Assembly: GCA_032718475.1 (NCBI GenBank)
Contig: JAUCBJ010005821.1
Span: 1-60,392 of the forward strand
Direction of reading: 5' to 3'
From: Nemertoderma westbladi
Taxonomy: Eukaryota; Animalia; Xenacoelomorpha
Length of the DNA: 60,392 bases
Shown: in pieces, positions 39,001-51,000 of the stretch
How positions within the stretch are numbered: position 1 is the first letter of the stretch
Layout: each line of letters begins with the position of its first letter
The notes under the pieces: model-generated
What the model was told of the DNA's origin: nothing
The model's database searches: none
The model's input: only the letters and a program-made list of their open reading frames with translations
Made by a program: the position numbers and the translations under genes

Positions 39001-42000
39001 AGATTCGTGTCTGTTTTGCCGAAAAACATCTAGAACACTAATCACTGGAGGACCTATTCGCATAAAGAACATCATAGCTTGTAGTGCAGCCCGTGAAAGT
39101 GATAACCTCAATGAGATTCTTCAGCGAAAACTTAATAACGATTCGGAACTGAATGTTATTTTTCACAAACAGTGCATTTCTACATATACTTCGAAACAAC
39201 ATATAGAGCGTGAGTTAAAACGACGACACATTTCCAACTCACAGAACTCATGACACATTTCTCATTTCCAGACACAGGACTCATTTCCAACTCATGTGGT
39301 AAAGTTTGTCTAAAGAAAGATGATAGTCATCCTAATCGCTGGGAGAGGGTGGTTCAGTGTAAGACCACGGTTGTTAAGGAAGAATTACTCCGGGTTTGTG
39401 ATTTGCGAATTCTAACTCATGGTGATAAATTTGCAGAAACTATCAAACTTCGCCTGGAAAGGCATAGACCTAACTTCTGTGTCAGCCCAATATCATAAAT
39501 CCTGCTATAGTTCATTTCGGGCCCCACAAAGCATTTTAACGGCTCTCCGTAAAGCAATACCAATTTCAGATGCAAAAAAGGACGTTGCGTTTAGAAAAGT
39601 TGTAAAGGAAATGGAACAGAACAAAAATAGGTCCCCCCCCCCCCCCCCCCCCCCTGTTGATTTGGAACTAGTTGATGGAAATGCTTCACTATACCATATT
39701 AATTGGATAAACAAGTTATCTGAGTATCCGCTTTTTGTGATGCCTACTGCAGCAAATATACAGATACAGTAGCTGAACACCATCATGAAACGTATATAAT
39801 ATTTGATCGTTACGTTCCAGGTAGCATTAAATCTTTAGAAAGGAAAAGCGTAATAAATCCAACAGTTATCAACAATATGAACTATCACTAGAAACAATTC
39901 TACCTTCCAGAGCGAACGCGTGCTATAGCGAACGCGTTCGTCCTCTGTCAGCTGGTAATTTCTTATTGTCAGGCCGTCTTCCCACAGAGCGGGAGTCATG
40001 AGCGCCTCCCTGTGTTCTTGATCGCCAACGATATGGAACCCCACAAAAGGGGATTCTTCCTTTGGAGGGACAGGGTACTTCTTCAAATGGCACTCCCTCT
40101 GCAACCAGATAATCCGAGACCTCCTTGGCCGACACCGAAGAGTCAAACCTTCCAATATAGATGTGGGTTTTCCGACTAACTGCAGGACTAACCGCCACGC
40201 AAAGGGGGCCACCGACTCGTTTACCTCGCTGTACTTCTCTTCCGCGCCTCCGCACGGTTTGGAATGTAATATCCTACTCCTTCTGAGTACGAGGCGTTCC
40301 GGTAACAGCTGGGATGTGCTCGCACTCCGTTGGGGATGAAACTGTGCTGGGCTGTTTGTTTGACTCGGGAGGACCCGCCCGCAAAGACCTGTCCGTCTGT
40401 TTATTTGTTTTAATCCTCAAGGAACGCGAGGGGTGAACGTGCGATTGGCGAGTGTGGGAGTCTTGGTCGTTCACCGGCGGGGCCAGCTCGTTAACTTTCA
40501 GGTTCCGATTAACCGCATTCGAGCCTGACAGCTGGGGATCAACTATGTGGCTAAATGATCGCGACAGATCGTTAGACTGGTTCGAGCGGCAATTCAGTAG
40601 ACACTTTGTCGCCTCTAGAGTTTCCTCCTTTGACTTGACCAGGTGGCCTCGTGTTTACGCGAGATCGCTCTGGGCCTAGGCGATCCTATCGAGAGACAGC
40701 AAGTAGAGAGACGACATGGACATTATGGAATCGATCAAAATCTTCTCATCGTCGTTGGAGATGTTCTTCTTTGATTTACAGGTGCAAATAATTGCGACTG
40801 ATTCAACTTTGAGTTTAACAAAGTTGGCATCCATTGATCAGGGAGAGTAATAAATTCTAAACACCCAATATTGGCTTCAAATTATTAACACAAATAATAG
40901 GCTGAGAACCGTCGGTAGTTTTATAAACAAAATCTTAACAATAAAGAAAATCTTAATCAATTGATGTGTAATTAATTATACAACTCATAAATCAATTACA
41001 CCTTCTGGGGACTCTAATAATATATTCGAACATGAAGAAGCTGATGTTACTATTATTAGTTACATGTTAAAGTTATCTGATAATGACAACATCAGACATA
41101 TACAAATAACAACAGAAGATACTGACATTTTCGTACTAGCAGTATTCTTCTTCTGGCTATAGATTTAATGGGAAAATCATAAATATCAAGGCTAGAGTTT
41201 CGCCCGTGCCAACATTTTCATTTTGCACTAAAATGTGTATAATAATTTACTAGCTACTACTTTTTAATATTAGCTGGTTAGTGTGAAGTATTCTAGGATA
41301 TTTCGAATTATTATTTTGTTAAATAATGTTCTAGAACATATTATTTTTTGTTCTAGAACATTATTTAAAACATATATATCTAGTAATTTTATGTACTCAA
41401 GTAATAATTTATAATTATAGCTAGTAATTTATACCTATAGCTATTATTTTTTATTTGGTTTCTGAGATATATACGTAGTTTTTTTTATTTTTAAAAATAA
41501 CTTATTGTTATTTTTTACAAATTTGTATTGTTCTTTAATTGAGTGTATAATTTCCATGAAGGCATTCTTTCATTAATTAAGTATCTGGCGTGGCCAGAGA
41601 TATCCGATCACCTTTGACCCGAATTTGTCGGGGCGAAAATTAATAATTTAAATGTTCTAGAACTTTTTTCAAAGTTCTAGAACACTTAATATATGTTCCA
41701 GAACATTTATTAAAAAAAACTGACAAAAAGCTTGAAAATTTGCTGAAAAATATAACGAAAGTGTTGGCACGGTCGGAACTGGTCCCAATATCACCACCAC
41801 TGCTATCCAACACGGAAATCAGTGTGCTGGTCTCCTTTCTTTACACGCTTTATCTGGTTGCGATACAGTATCATATCCACATGGGAAGGGAAAAAATAAC
41901 GCAATCAAATGTAATGTGTAGGTTGCACGAATCCCAGCAGATTTTCTGTGATCCAAATTTTACAGAAGAAGAATGGCTACAAATAGGCCTCTCGTTCATT

Positions 42001-45000
42001 ATACACCTCTATGGTGGTGGCATATCGGATACTCTGAATGAACTTCGACATAGGCTATTCACTACAAAGAAGCAACACCCTAAAGTATTCAAACTTCCCC
42101 CCACACAGAGTGCCGCTGTACAACATGTAAAACGGGCTCGTTTGCAAGTTTGCAAGCTGCTGATTATCCTGCACCTCCACTGTTGGTTGTTAACAAGTTT
42201 GGTTGGATGGCGATCAATGACAAACTGATACCGGATCCTGGCGTCTCATCCATTGCCCCAATTTCGATCCTTAAAATTGCAAGTCCGAAAGTGCCTGTTG
42301 ATGCGGCTGCTCTATAGCCGCTCTACCACTACCATTTACTACAATATGCACCTGCACCACTTCAAAGTGTAAAAATAAATACGATGTTTAAAGCAATGTT
42401 CCGTTTAAATAAATAATTTAATAAACATACAACTCTTCTAGCTGATTGATTAACTTTCGTAATACCAGTAATGGAGAATATTTGGGATAGATACCCAGAT
42501 AGGTACGCAGTAAAGAATGATGGCACATTGAATCTACTGTACCTATTTTCTGCAAACGTTGGAAAGATAAAGGTCAAAATTTGCATTTGAAAGGAGAAAA
42601 CGAACTCATCTAATTAAATGAAAAACTAAATGTGATTAATAACCCCCCCCCCCCCCCCCCCCCCCCAGTGATGATAATTGTTTGCTTTTATAAATAGTTA
42701 CATAAATAATCTAAAGTTTAATAGTTGGCATATCTTAATAAACATCACAAAGGCCAAAATTTATGATTAATAATGTTGCTATCGGCAATCTAATGGGTCT
42801 AGGTTCAGCCCTGCCAGGGTCCACTCAGCTGTCAAGTCTCGTAGTGCGAGCAGAAGTAAATGTCATATATTTGAGTTTCAATATAATATCAGCGTATGTA
42901 GGCCTATAATGTTACGGTAAGTATCAAATATGGTGCGCTGCAGCCATGATGCAGATTAGCGTGGGAATATGGAGTTTTCTAGTGTTTTCTACGGACTTTG
43001 TTATCTAACTTATTCACATTTCGCAATACAACCAATGATTTCAGTTAATTTGCATTATCGACAACTATATTTTAATTTTTCTCATGTAAAAGTATCACGG
43101 TATTCTAGTAGAGACAAAGTTTTACAACGCATTTAATTTGTAGAGAAATTGCTCCACTACTGCTGAGGGCAGACTCTGTCTGTGCGATAGGGGGTTCACA
43201 CCGTATTTCAACTACGCAATACTCAAGGTCAACTGCGCACCGGTGGAATGTAACCATGGGAATGCGATGTGCGAATGTAAGGAAAACATAAACTCTTTGG
43301 ATTACTTATGGGATTGGAGGGAAACATCATGCAGGTAGGTTAAATTTTGATTTCAAAACAAAATTTCGTACATTCAAATGTAGCGCTATATAGCATATGA
43401 TGACAAACATACAATTATACTTTTAAAAAGGTTAGATCACTAGTTAATCACTCTAATTACATTACCTTGACAACTAGGTAAATACAAAGACAGAGGATTG
43501 TTAGTAGCTGTTTATTTTAAGAGGACCATTAATTAACGCGTTCTATACTACTATACAATTTTAAGAGGCCCAAAAACAAACCCACATTGGTAAATTTGAA
43601 GTCAAATAGTTTCCTATTTAATTGGTTCTTTATGTTTTTAGATGCTCAGCCGGTTGGTGGAGTGATGATATGATATACCCCCCTAACCCGGGTGAATGTT
43701 TACGGTATTACTGCGAGCTGCCAGATTGCGAAGATGATGCGGACTGGAGGTGCCAGGAATGCGAGAGAGCGAGTAGAAATATAATGAATTGTTTTTGCGC
43801 AGTCGGTTATATTCCATATACTTTTACTCCGTCTGGGATGACAAAACCTTTTACTGTATGTATTGGTAAGTAATTTACAAATCAGCTATTATTTAACTTT
43901 TAATTATTTAATTCACTCGATGTCGGCATATTGCATTGGTAAGTAATAACTCATCTTTTAGTGTTTTCTTATTAGAAAACTGCATTTCTGATGTACTACA
44001 GTAGTGGCAAAATGGCGCAATATGAAGTCTTCTACACATCTCTGACGTGGTGGATGGTAGCCATGATGGATGGTGGATTGTAGTAACCGCAATTGAATGC
44101 GTTGAATTACTACTACTACTAGTTCGAGCGAACTCGGACAGTGGAAATGAGATCCTTCCAGGATTCCCGATTCTCCAACTACTACTAGGTCGAGCAAACT
44201 CGGACAGTGGAAGTGAGATCCTTCCAGGCTTCCCGATTCTCCAACTACTACTAGGTCGAGCAAACTCGGACAGTGGAAATGAGATCCTTCCAGGCTTCCC
44301 GATTCTCCATAGTTGTCACAATTTCGTTTCTCCCAAGTTCAGTATCACTTTCAAGTTGATCTATATATGTTATGGCCGGTCGTCCACTTCTATACTTTCC
44401 ATGAGTTGGTTGCCAGAAAAGTAGATCTGGTATGACCTCATGCTTATTCTCCTGCAGTGACATTGAATCTTAATCTGCGTTCACGGAGGGTGGTTGATAC
44501 AGATGGTGTTGTACCATAGAGCTCGGCTTTTATCATTTTCTCAAACTTTTGTTAGGCATATAATAATGTGAATAGTTATTATAATTTACAATTGGCATAT
44601 TAAAGATCCCACTTTTGAAGGAAGGATAAGTATAATAATTGACCTGTCAAACAAACTAACTAACTACGTTTCATTATAGATAAATATATTGAGCCTCTCG
44701 GATGTTGGAAATCTAGTGAGTTGAATATTCCGAGCGCCGAGGGAAATCCCCACAATCATTATCTGAGCAGAGCTGTTGGAAGTCGTTCAGCTGTTGAGGA
44801 AGAATTATGCGGTTGGGCCGCGAAAGATGCAGGTATATTAGAACTATATTAGTTATTGAACATTGATAATGCTCCCCAAAGCGAAAAATATCAACCGTCC
44901 CTATTGGGGCTCGAATCCGGTACCTAGGTTTAAAATTTCCGGTTATCATTAGCCGGGTGTGTGTGTCTATGACAACTGAGCTACTACCAGGACGCATGAA

Positions 45001-48000
45001 GAATATTTACTATATACTGGCATGTCGTTGTACATGAGGTGTGCTTTTACTAGATTCTTCGTCAAAGTTTACAAAGGGACAATGACAAATTTTCAAAATG
45101 GTAAATGATTGTACGCTTAGCGTGACACGTTGATAAAAAGTGGGAATCCGAAATATATGCGTAACTTACTTTATGAATATTCGCAAACATTCTAAACTAT
45201 TGTGATATTTTCTATACATGCCCTATAATTAATAAAATAAAATTAGTGGCTTTTATCTGGTTAACACCGATCTCGAATGTATATAAATATAGGAAACTGA
45301 TCATAACACTGACAGACACACAACGTCAATAATATACCGCTTACGCTCCCTAATAACCATAATTTATTAAATGGCTTTACCAATTAAGCATTTTCCTTGC
45401 GTTGTACCATTCACATTAACACTATTTCCAAGAGTTAGAAATATATCTATAAAAAATATGAAATATATTTAGCGTGGGGGGGGACTCAGCTGTTCTGCAG
45501 TATACCGATAGAGGACGTCTATAGGCAATGATTGACCTCTATGCTCAGCTGTCTCTTACATCACCAATACCCCACGGACATCATTACTTTATGCGTTATA
45601 GGCGTTAGTACGTTTGGTTTGCTCGGTGGGGCGTGCCACTTTTCGGTTGACGCCGCTGACACGTATTCGGTTAATGGCGAAGCTAGTGGTTGTAGCGAAC
45701 CTGACGACAAGTTCAGTATGGCAGTTAGCGAACAGAAGGGAGTATGGTGAGTTGCAATTTAATATAATATTTATTTGTAATTTTGAAATATAACACCTTA
45801 CACTAATTTAATTGATAAATATACAATTATTATATTGTAGGTATATTTTATAATGTATATGTTTGTCGGTGGAGTGGGATGCGGGAGCGCTTCCTGATTG
45901 GTTGGAACTGTCGGGGGCGGGGGGGGGGGGGTTACATTATGTATTCCTCCTCCGTCCAACCTCCTCTCTCGATGCTGAATGAATGCCATTTTGTTTACCA
46001 AACGGCAAGGTTGTTGGTTTGAGGTGCTTTGTTTTGGCCTGACAGACCGCTACTAAGCCCACCATTACACTTATATTATATTTTATAAAACAATACTCTG
46101 TTTACGTTATAATTAGTTATTATTTTATATAATAATTCACTTTACATATCCCAATTAGCGTCTTCATTTATATCACATAATTAAATTCTTTAGGTTGGCT
46201 AATTTGCGTGGGTGTTGGAGAATCGAAAGTGTCGAGGAATTACCTTCAGTTTCTGGGAATGTCGAGGATTGTATGCGCGCGTCGTTGAGAGATGATCCCG
46301 AATCGACGTTGTTTGGTCGCTACGGAGGTTCGAGTTGTGTTAAAGGAGTCTCTATAGAGAGCAAACCTTTCAGTTTCACCTGTAAAGGGAGTGATGAATA
46401 TGTTGAAGTTAGTTAAGTGATAACTGAAGTCCATATATTAATCATTTATTCACATATACTTTATAAAGTATGTTTTGATGAAAATTGATGAAAACTGATG
46501 AAAAATTGAATAAATATTCACTTTGCGCAAAAGCCTTATTATTACTGTATGTGTTGAAGCGATCATATCTGAAGTCATAGGAATTATTCAAATTGGTGAA
46601 TTAAGTTGTTTTTTATCTCCCTTTTATAATATTTTCCTTTGAAAAAGTTACAATATTATTATAAATATATTATAAATATATAATTAGTATATTTCATGCT
46701 TTTCAAATAACAATCACAACACCGAGCGTTTATAAAAGTGAATTGTCAAACAAACAATGGCTAACAACAATCCGTTTCTTTTGTCAATAATGGTGGTTGT
46801 ATCCTTTCCTATATAAGTATAATAACAAACTGTTATACTATTCAAATTATTTATGTTGTACTTTGTTTCCGGGGAAATGAAGTAATTATGTATTTATATG
46901 GAACTATTTGTTTATCTATATTATAATGATGCCAAGTTACAATAACTTAAGTATTTATTAATTTTTTTAGGTATTTAAACGGTTTAAGGAATCGGATATC
47001 CTGCGAGATGGTATCTCTACTGTCCTGGTACCGGTCTCTCACAGAGAGTCTGTTCCTTTTCCAGTAGAGTTCAGCCACAAGTTCTTTAGAGACGTTCCTA
47101 TTAACAATTTATATTCCTTGGGTGATCAATGTTCTGAAACCTCAGATTTCAGGTATTATATCAATTATGTATTAGATTAGATATGACAATAATTATTGTC
47201 CACCACACAAAATATAATTAGATTATCACAAAGCTGCAAATACTTGCAGCCATATTAATTAACATTGTATTACACCATGACCCGTAATATACTGTAGTGT
47301 CATTTTCTGATGACACGACCCCCCCCCCCCCCCCGAAAAAATTTATTTTTCTACAAATCTTTATCATATTGTTTGAAATTTGAAACGCAACTATTTCAAC
47401 TCATCGTGGTTGTTACCATGAAGACGGAATTTTCGATTTCGCCTTTAAATTTTTTTTATAAGCTTTTTAAAAAGTATATTTTGCGAAGTCGCACCCGTAT
47501 CATTGCCATTCTTCACATTAGTTATAATTAATTTTTATCATCGTAATCATTTTATATCAATAGAACGCTTGCGTTGCAAGGATTTCAATTATGTAACAAT
47601 ATCTGAATTTCGTTAAGAAGTAGGTGATATTATAGGCGTTCAATAAAGATTGCAAGAATTATTGTTCAATGTAAGCCAGTTATTATCTTTAATAATAATA
47701 CACAAAGTTCTAGAACGTGTTCTTTATTTTATGAGTGGGTTGGCAACAGCAGTATGCCTACAGACCTATAGTTTAGTTAGATAGTTGAGCTGAAGCAGCT
47801 CAAATATTTAACATTATTAATTAATCATAGTAAAAATTATACAATATTTCATTAAAATAAATAGTAAAAGTAGCGACTCGTCAATAATCAATCAATATAG
47901 TAGGATATAAGAAAAATATATAATTTTAAATACAATAAGGGGATATTAATCTCGTCGTGCTGTAACTCTCTGATACCTTCTTCTGATTGGGTTTTAGACT

Positions 48001-51000
48001 CATATCTCCTGTTAGGACATTACCTCCTCCGCCTTTCGTTAACTCATCTATATACTTCCATTCCAAAGTTTTTGTTTCCTCGGATATGGTCAAACATTGA
48101 TGAACAACTGGAAAACCACTATCTATGAACTATGTCATGAACTTACGCTGCCTTGACCTAATATAAGAAACAGCTGATGGAATACCACATTCAATATAAA
48201 TAAATTTGAGTTGAGCTGTTAATGCAACTATAATTAAAGATGTAATATTATGGTTTTGTTCTGAAATGGAAAAAATGGGAAAGCGCGTCACCGGGGATTG
48301 AACCAGCGCTATACGTACGTTTCGGCCTATCAGGCCTCATCAGTAGCGCTAACCAGTTCAGCCACTAGCCCCTTACACTCACACTCCCACCTAATCCACT
48401 TATATTGAATGGGCAGTCTTAAGTTGCATATATTCTATCTCTAACAGCGGACCTAACGGCCTCAAGTATGCTAGAGTGAAACAGGAGGGAAGTACAAATA
48501 AATAAATATTCAGCTCGAGTATTGCTGCCATGTGATATTAATAAATGAGCTGTAAGCATAAAGTTGAGCTGTTAATGCAACTGTAATTAAAGATGTAATA
48601 TTATGCTTATATAGAAGTGGATTAGGTGGGATGGTGAATGTCAGCGCCAAGTGGCTGAACTGGTTAGCGCTACTGATGAGGCCTGTTAGGCCGAAACGTA
48701 CGTATAGCGCTGGTTCAACCCCCAGTGATGCGCTTTCTCATTTTTTCAATTTCTGAACAAAACCATAATATTACACATTCAATATAGACAGTATTTATTA
48801 CATGTGGTGCTACGGACTCCGAGAAGGGGTTTCACCATCTTATTATAAGTTGGTAACTTTGAAGGATTTACCCATCCATGATTCACAGCCATAAAAGACT
48901 GAAGCAGCGGCGGCTGCTTCGAAAACTGTTTTCTTCACCCAGAATGGAGCATCCTGATTGTTCTTTACGAACATTGAGAACTTCTAAATATTTCCTTGTT
49001 TCATGGATATATGTCTCTTTTATGTCGTTATTCAACAAGCAAAACGTTCCAGAAAATTGTGTATTTATTAAATATAATACAGTAAAGGGCCTCCAGCGAA
49101 CGATAATTCTTGCAATCTTTGAAAGCCTATATCTCAGCTGTTTTACAACGAAATTCAGATATTGTTACATATTTCTAATCCTTGCAACGCAAGCTTTTTA
49201 ATGATATGAAAAGAATTACGACTAATGTGAAGAATGTCCACGATACGGAGGGTGCGATTTCGCAAAATACACTTTTTTAAAACGCTTATTAAAAACATTT
49301 TTTTTTTTGGGTGGGGGGGGGGGGGTGGTCCGTGTCATTTGAAAATGACTCTATATTACGGGTCGTGGTGGCATAATGAAACGTTTAATCAATTTTAGTC
49401 ACATTTATACTTTAATTTTCGTTTATTTTGGAGTCAAGGTTTAGGCGTAAACCGTAATTAAATGTTTTATATATAACCCTAACCTTGAGTCACTCATAAT
49501 ACTAAGTAATGGAAATATCCGAAATTATACAAAAGTTATTATATTTGAGCGAAAACACTAATAATAGTGGCCGTTTAAATATTTTCCGTATATTGTTAGT
49601 TCGTTTATTTTTCCGTATTGTACAGTATTTAGTATTTTGATATTTTAATATTTTGTTATATATATTTAGCCCGACTTATATGGTGGATGATTTATTTGTG
49701 TCCTTTGGAACTGCCCGACCTATCGACACGAAGTTGGTATGGCGTTCTGTAATGGGCGGGGAATATCCTCCTCAAAATGGAGTGTTTGAGGTAAACATGA
49801 ATAAAATACATTGTTTTTACTTTATTTGCCGGTACTTTTACTTTATTTGACGGTACTGTTTATTTAAGTTTTATTTTGATAATGATTTTCCCGAATTTGA
49901 ATTTATTTGATGAATTTATGAATTTATTTGATGAGTTTAAAATAATGAATTCAGAGAAATCTCATATTCATGCGATATCACATTCGGTAAAGATAGTGCC
50001 TGGATTAATTAATTAATAAATTATTCTCTGTAAGTAGGTTCTTGCCCAGGTAAACGGTGGTATCATTATAACGCAAGTATAAGTTCTTGCGCATATTACC
50101 TTTTTCATATAAACTCATTCCCTTGGTGCAATTATTCTTATTAAAGTAGTTAGCAGTTATATTATTTGTTCTTTTGGTGCACATCCTTTTTCAAACTTAG
50201 TTAGCCCCCCCCCCCCCCCCTATCGATTTAGAGTACCGTTTCAACCAATGGGAAGCACGTATTTCCGACAGCTGTACAGAGCCTACCGGTAGCTGCATCT
50301 TACTGCATCGTACTGTCATACTAGTTTTCCTGTTACCGTGCAGATTTAATTTTGTCGTGAGTTGATAAAGGGCTTGTTGCACGAAATATACTCATATCGT
50401 AATATCTTTTTTTAATTCCATTTGATCACAAAGGTACAATAAATAATCTTTATATCCCTGTATATCACAATACTATTACATAAATTGTTAATTTGTTTAG
50501 GTTTATGAACTTCTATGTCCCAGATATTACTCTGCAATGAGTGACGTCATCCTAGTACAACAATTCGGTTCGCGATTATTTCCACCAATGGCAGCCTTAG
50601 CAATATTCGATAAAAAAAGGTTGGAGTAAATGTACGCAGCAAATTTACGCACGTAAACGCGAAAAGGGGGTCATCGTTTCAGTTCGTTATGCCTCCGCTC
50701 GAGGCTCGCCCCAGATATATACTACAGTATGTCCTAGTATGGAATATTGTTTATTAACTGCGGAATTTTGTGCAGATTTTGTAATGTTTTGTAACGTATG
50801 TATGTAGGTGTACTGTGAGCTGCGCAGTCCGTTATTTTCATACGCATCATTTTCGTGCTCAAGAAACTAAGTAAACTTTATTATATTATTGTATAATATA
50901 ATGTATATTTACGAATAGATTGGATGATTACCGATGTTTACGTGACAGCGGTACCAACGAAGAGTTGCTGATAGAGGATACGGATTACGTAGAAATCGAA

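Larger units (their letters stand above)
38950..42360 (+). mobile_element. Fragmented Academ(X)-like DNA transposon relic (XPG/PIN-type nuclease motifs)
   Basis: CLFC, DLTSVSAQYHKSCY, LVDGNASLYHINW, HEEADV…EDTDIFVL (about 41030-41150), LHALSGCDTVSYPHGKGK, LPPTQSAAVQHVKRA; interrupted by other insertions. Confidence 0.6.
48199..48773. mobile_element. Retrozyme-like insertion with two inverted tRNA-hammerhead units
   Basis: 13-bp direct repeat cacattcaatata (48186-48198 / 48774-48786) that is part of the interrupted LINE reading frame. Confidence 0.75.
47273..49370. mobile_element. Old long-TIR DNA element (CAC…GTG ends) containing a LINE relic and the hammerhead cassette
   Basis: 47273-47720 is a diverged inverted copy of 49043-49370; the interior minus strand reads VFYGCESW…LLGVRSTTCN…YIECGIP (LINE RT C-terminus). 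Confidence 0.65.
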
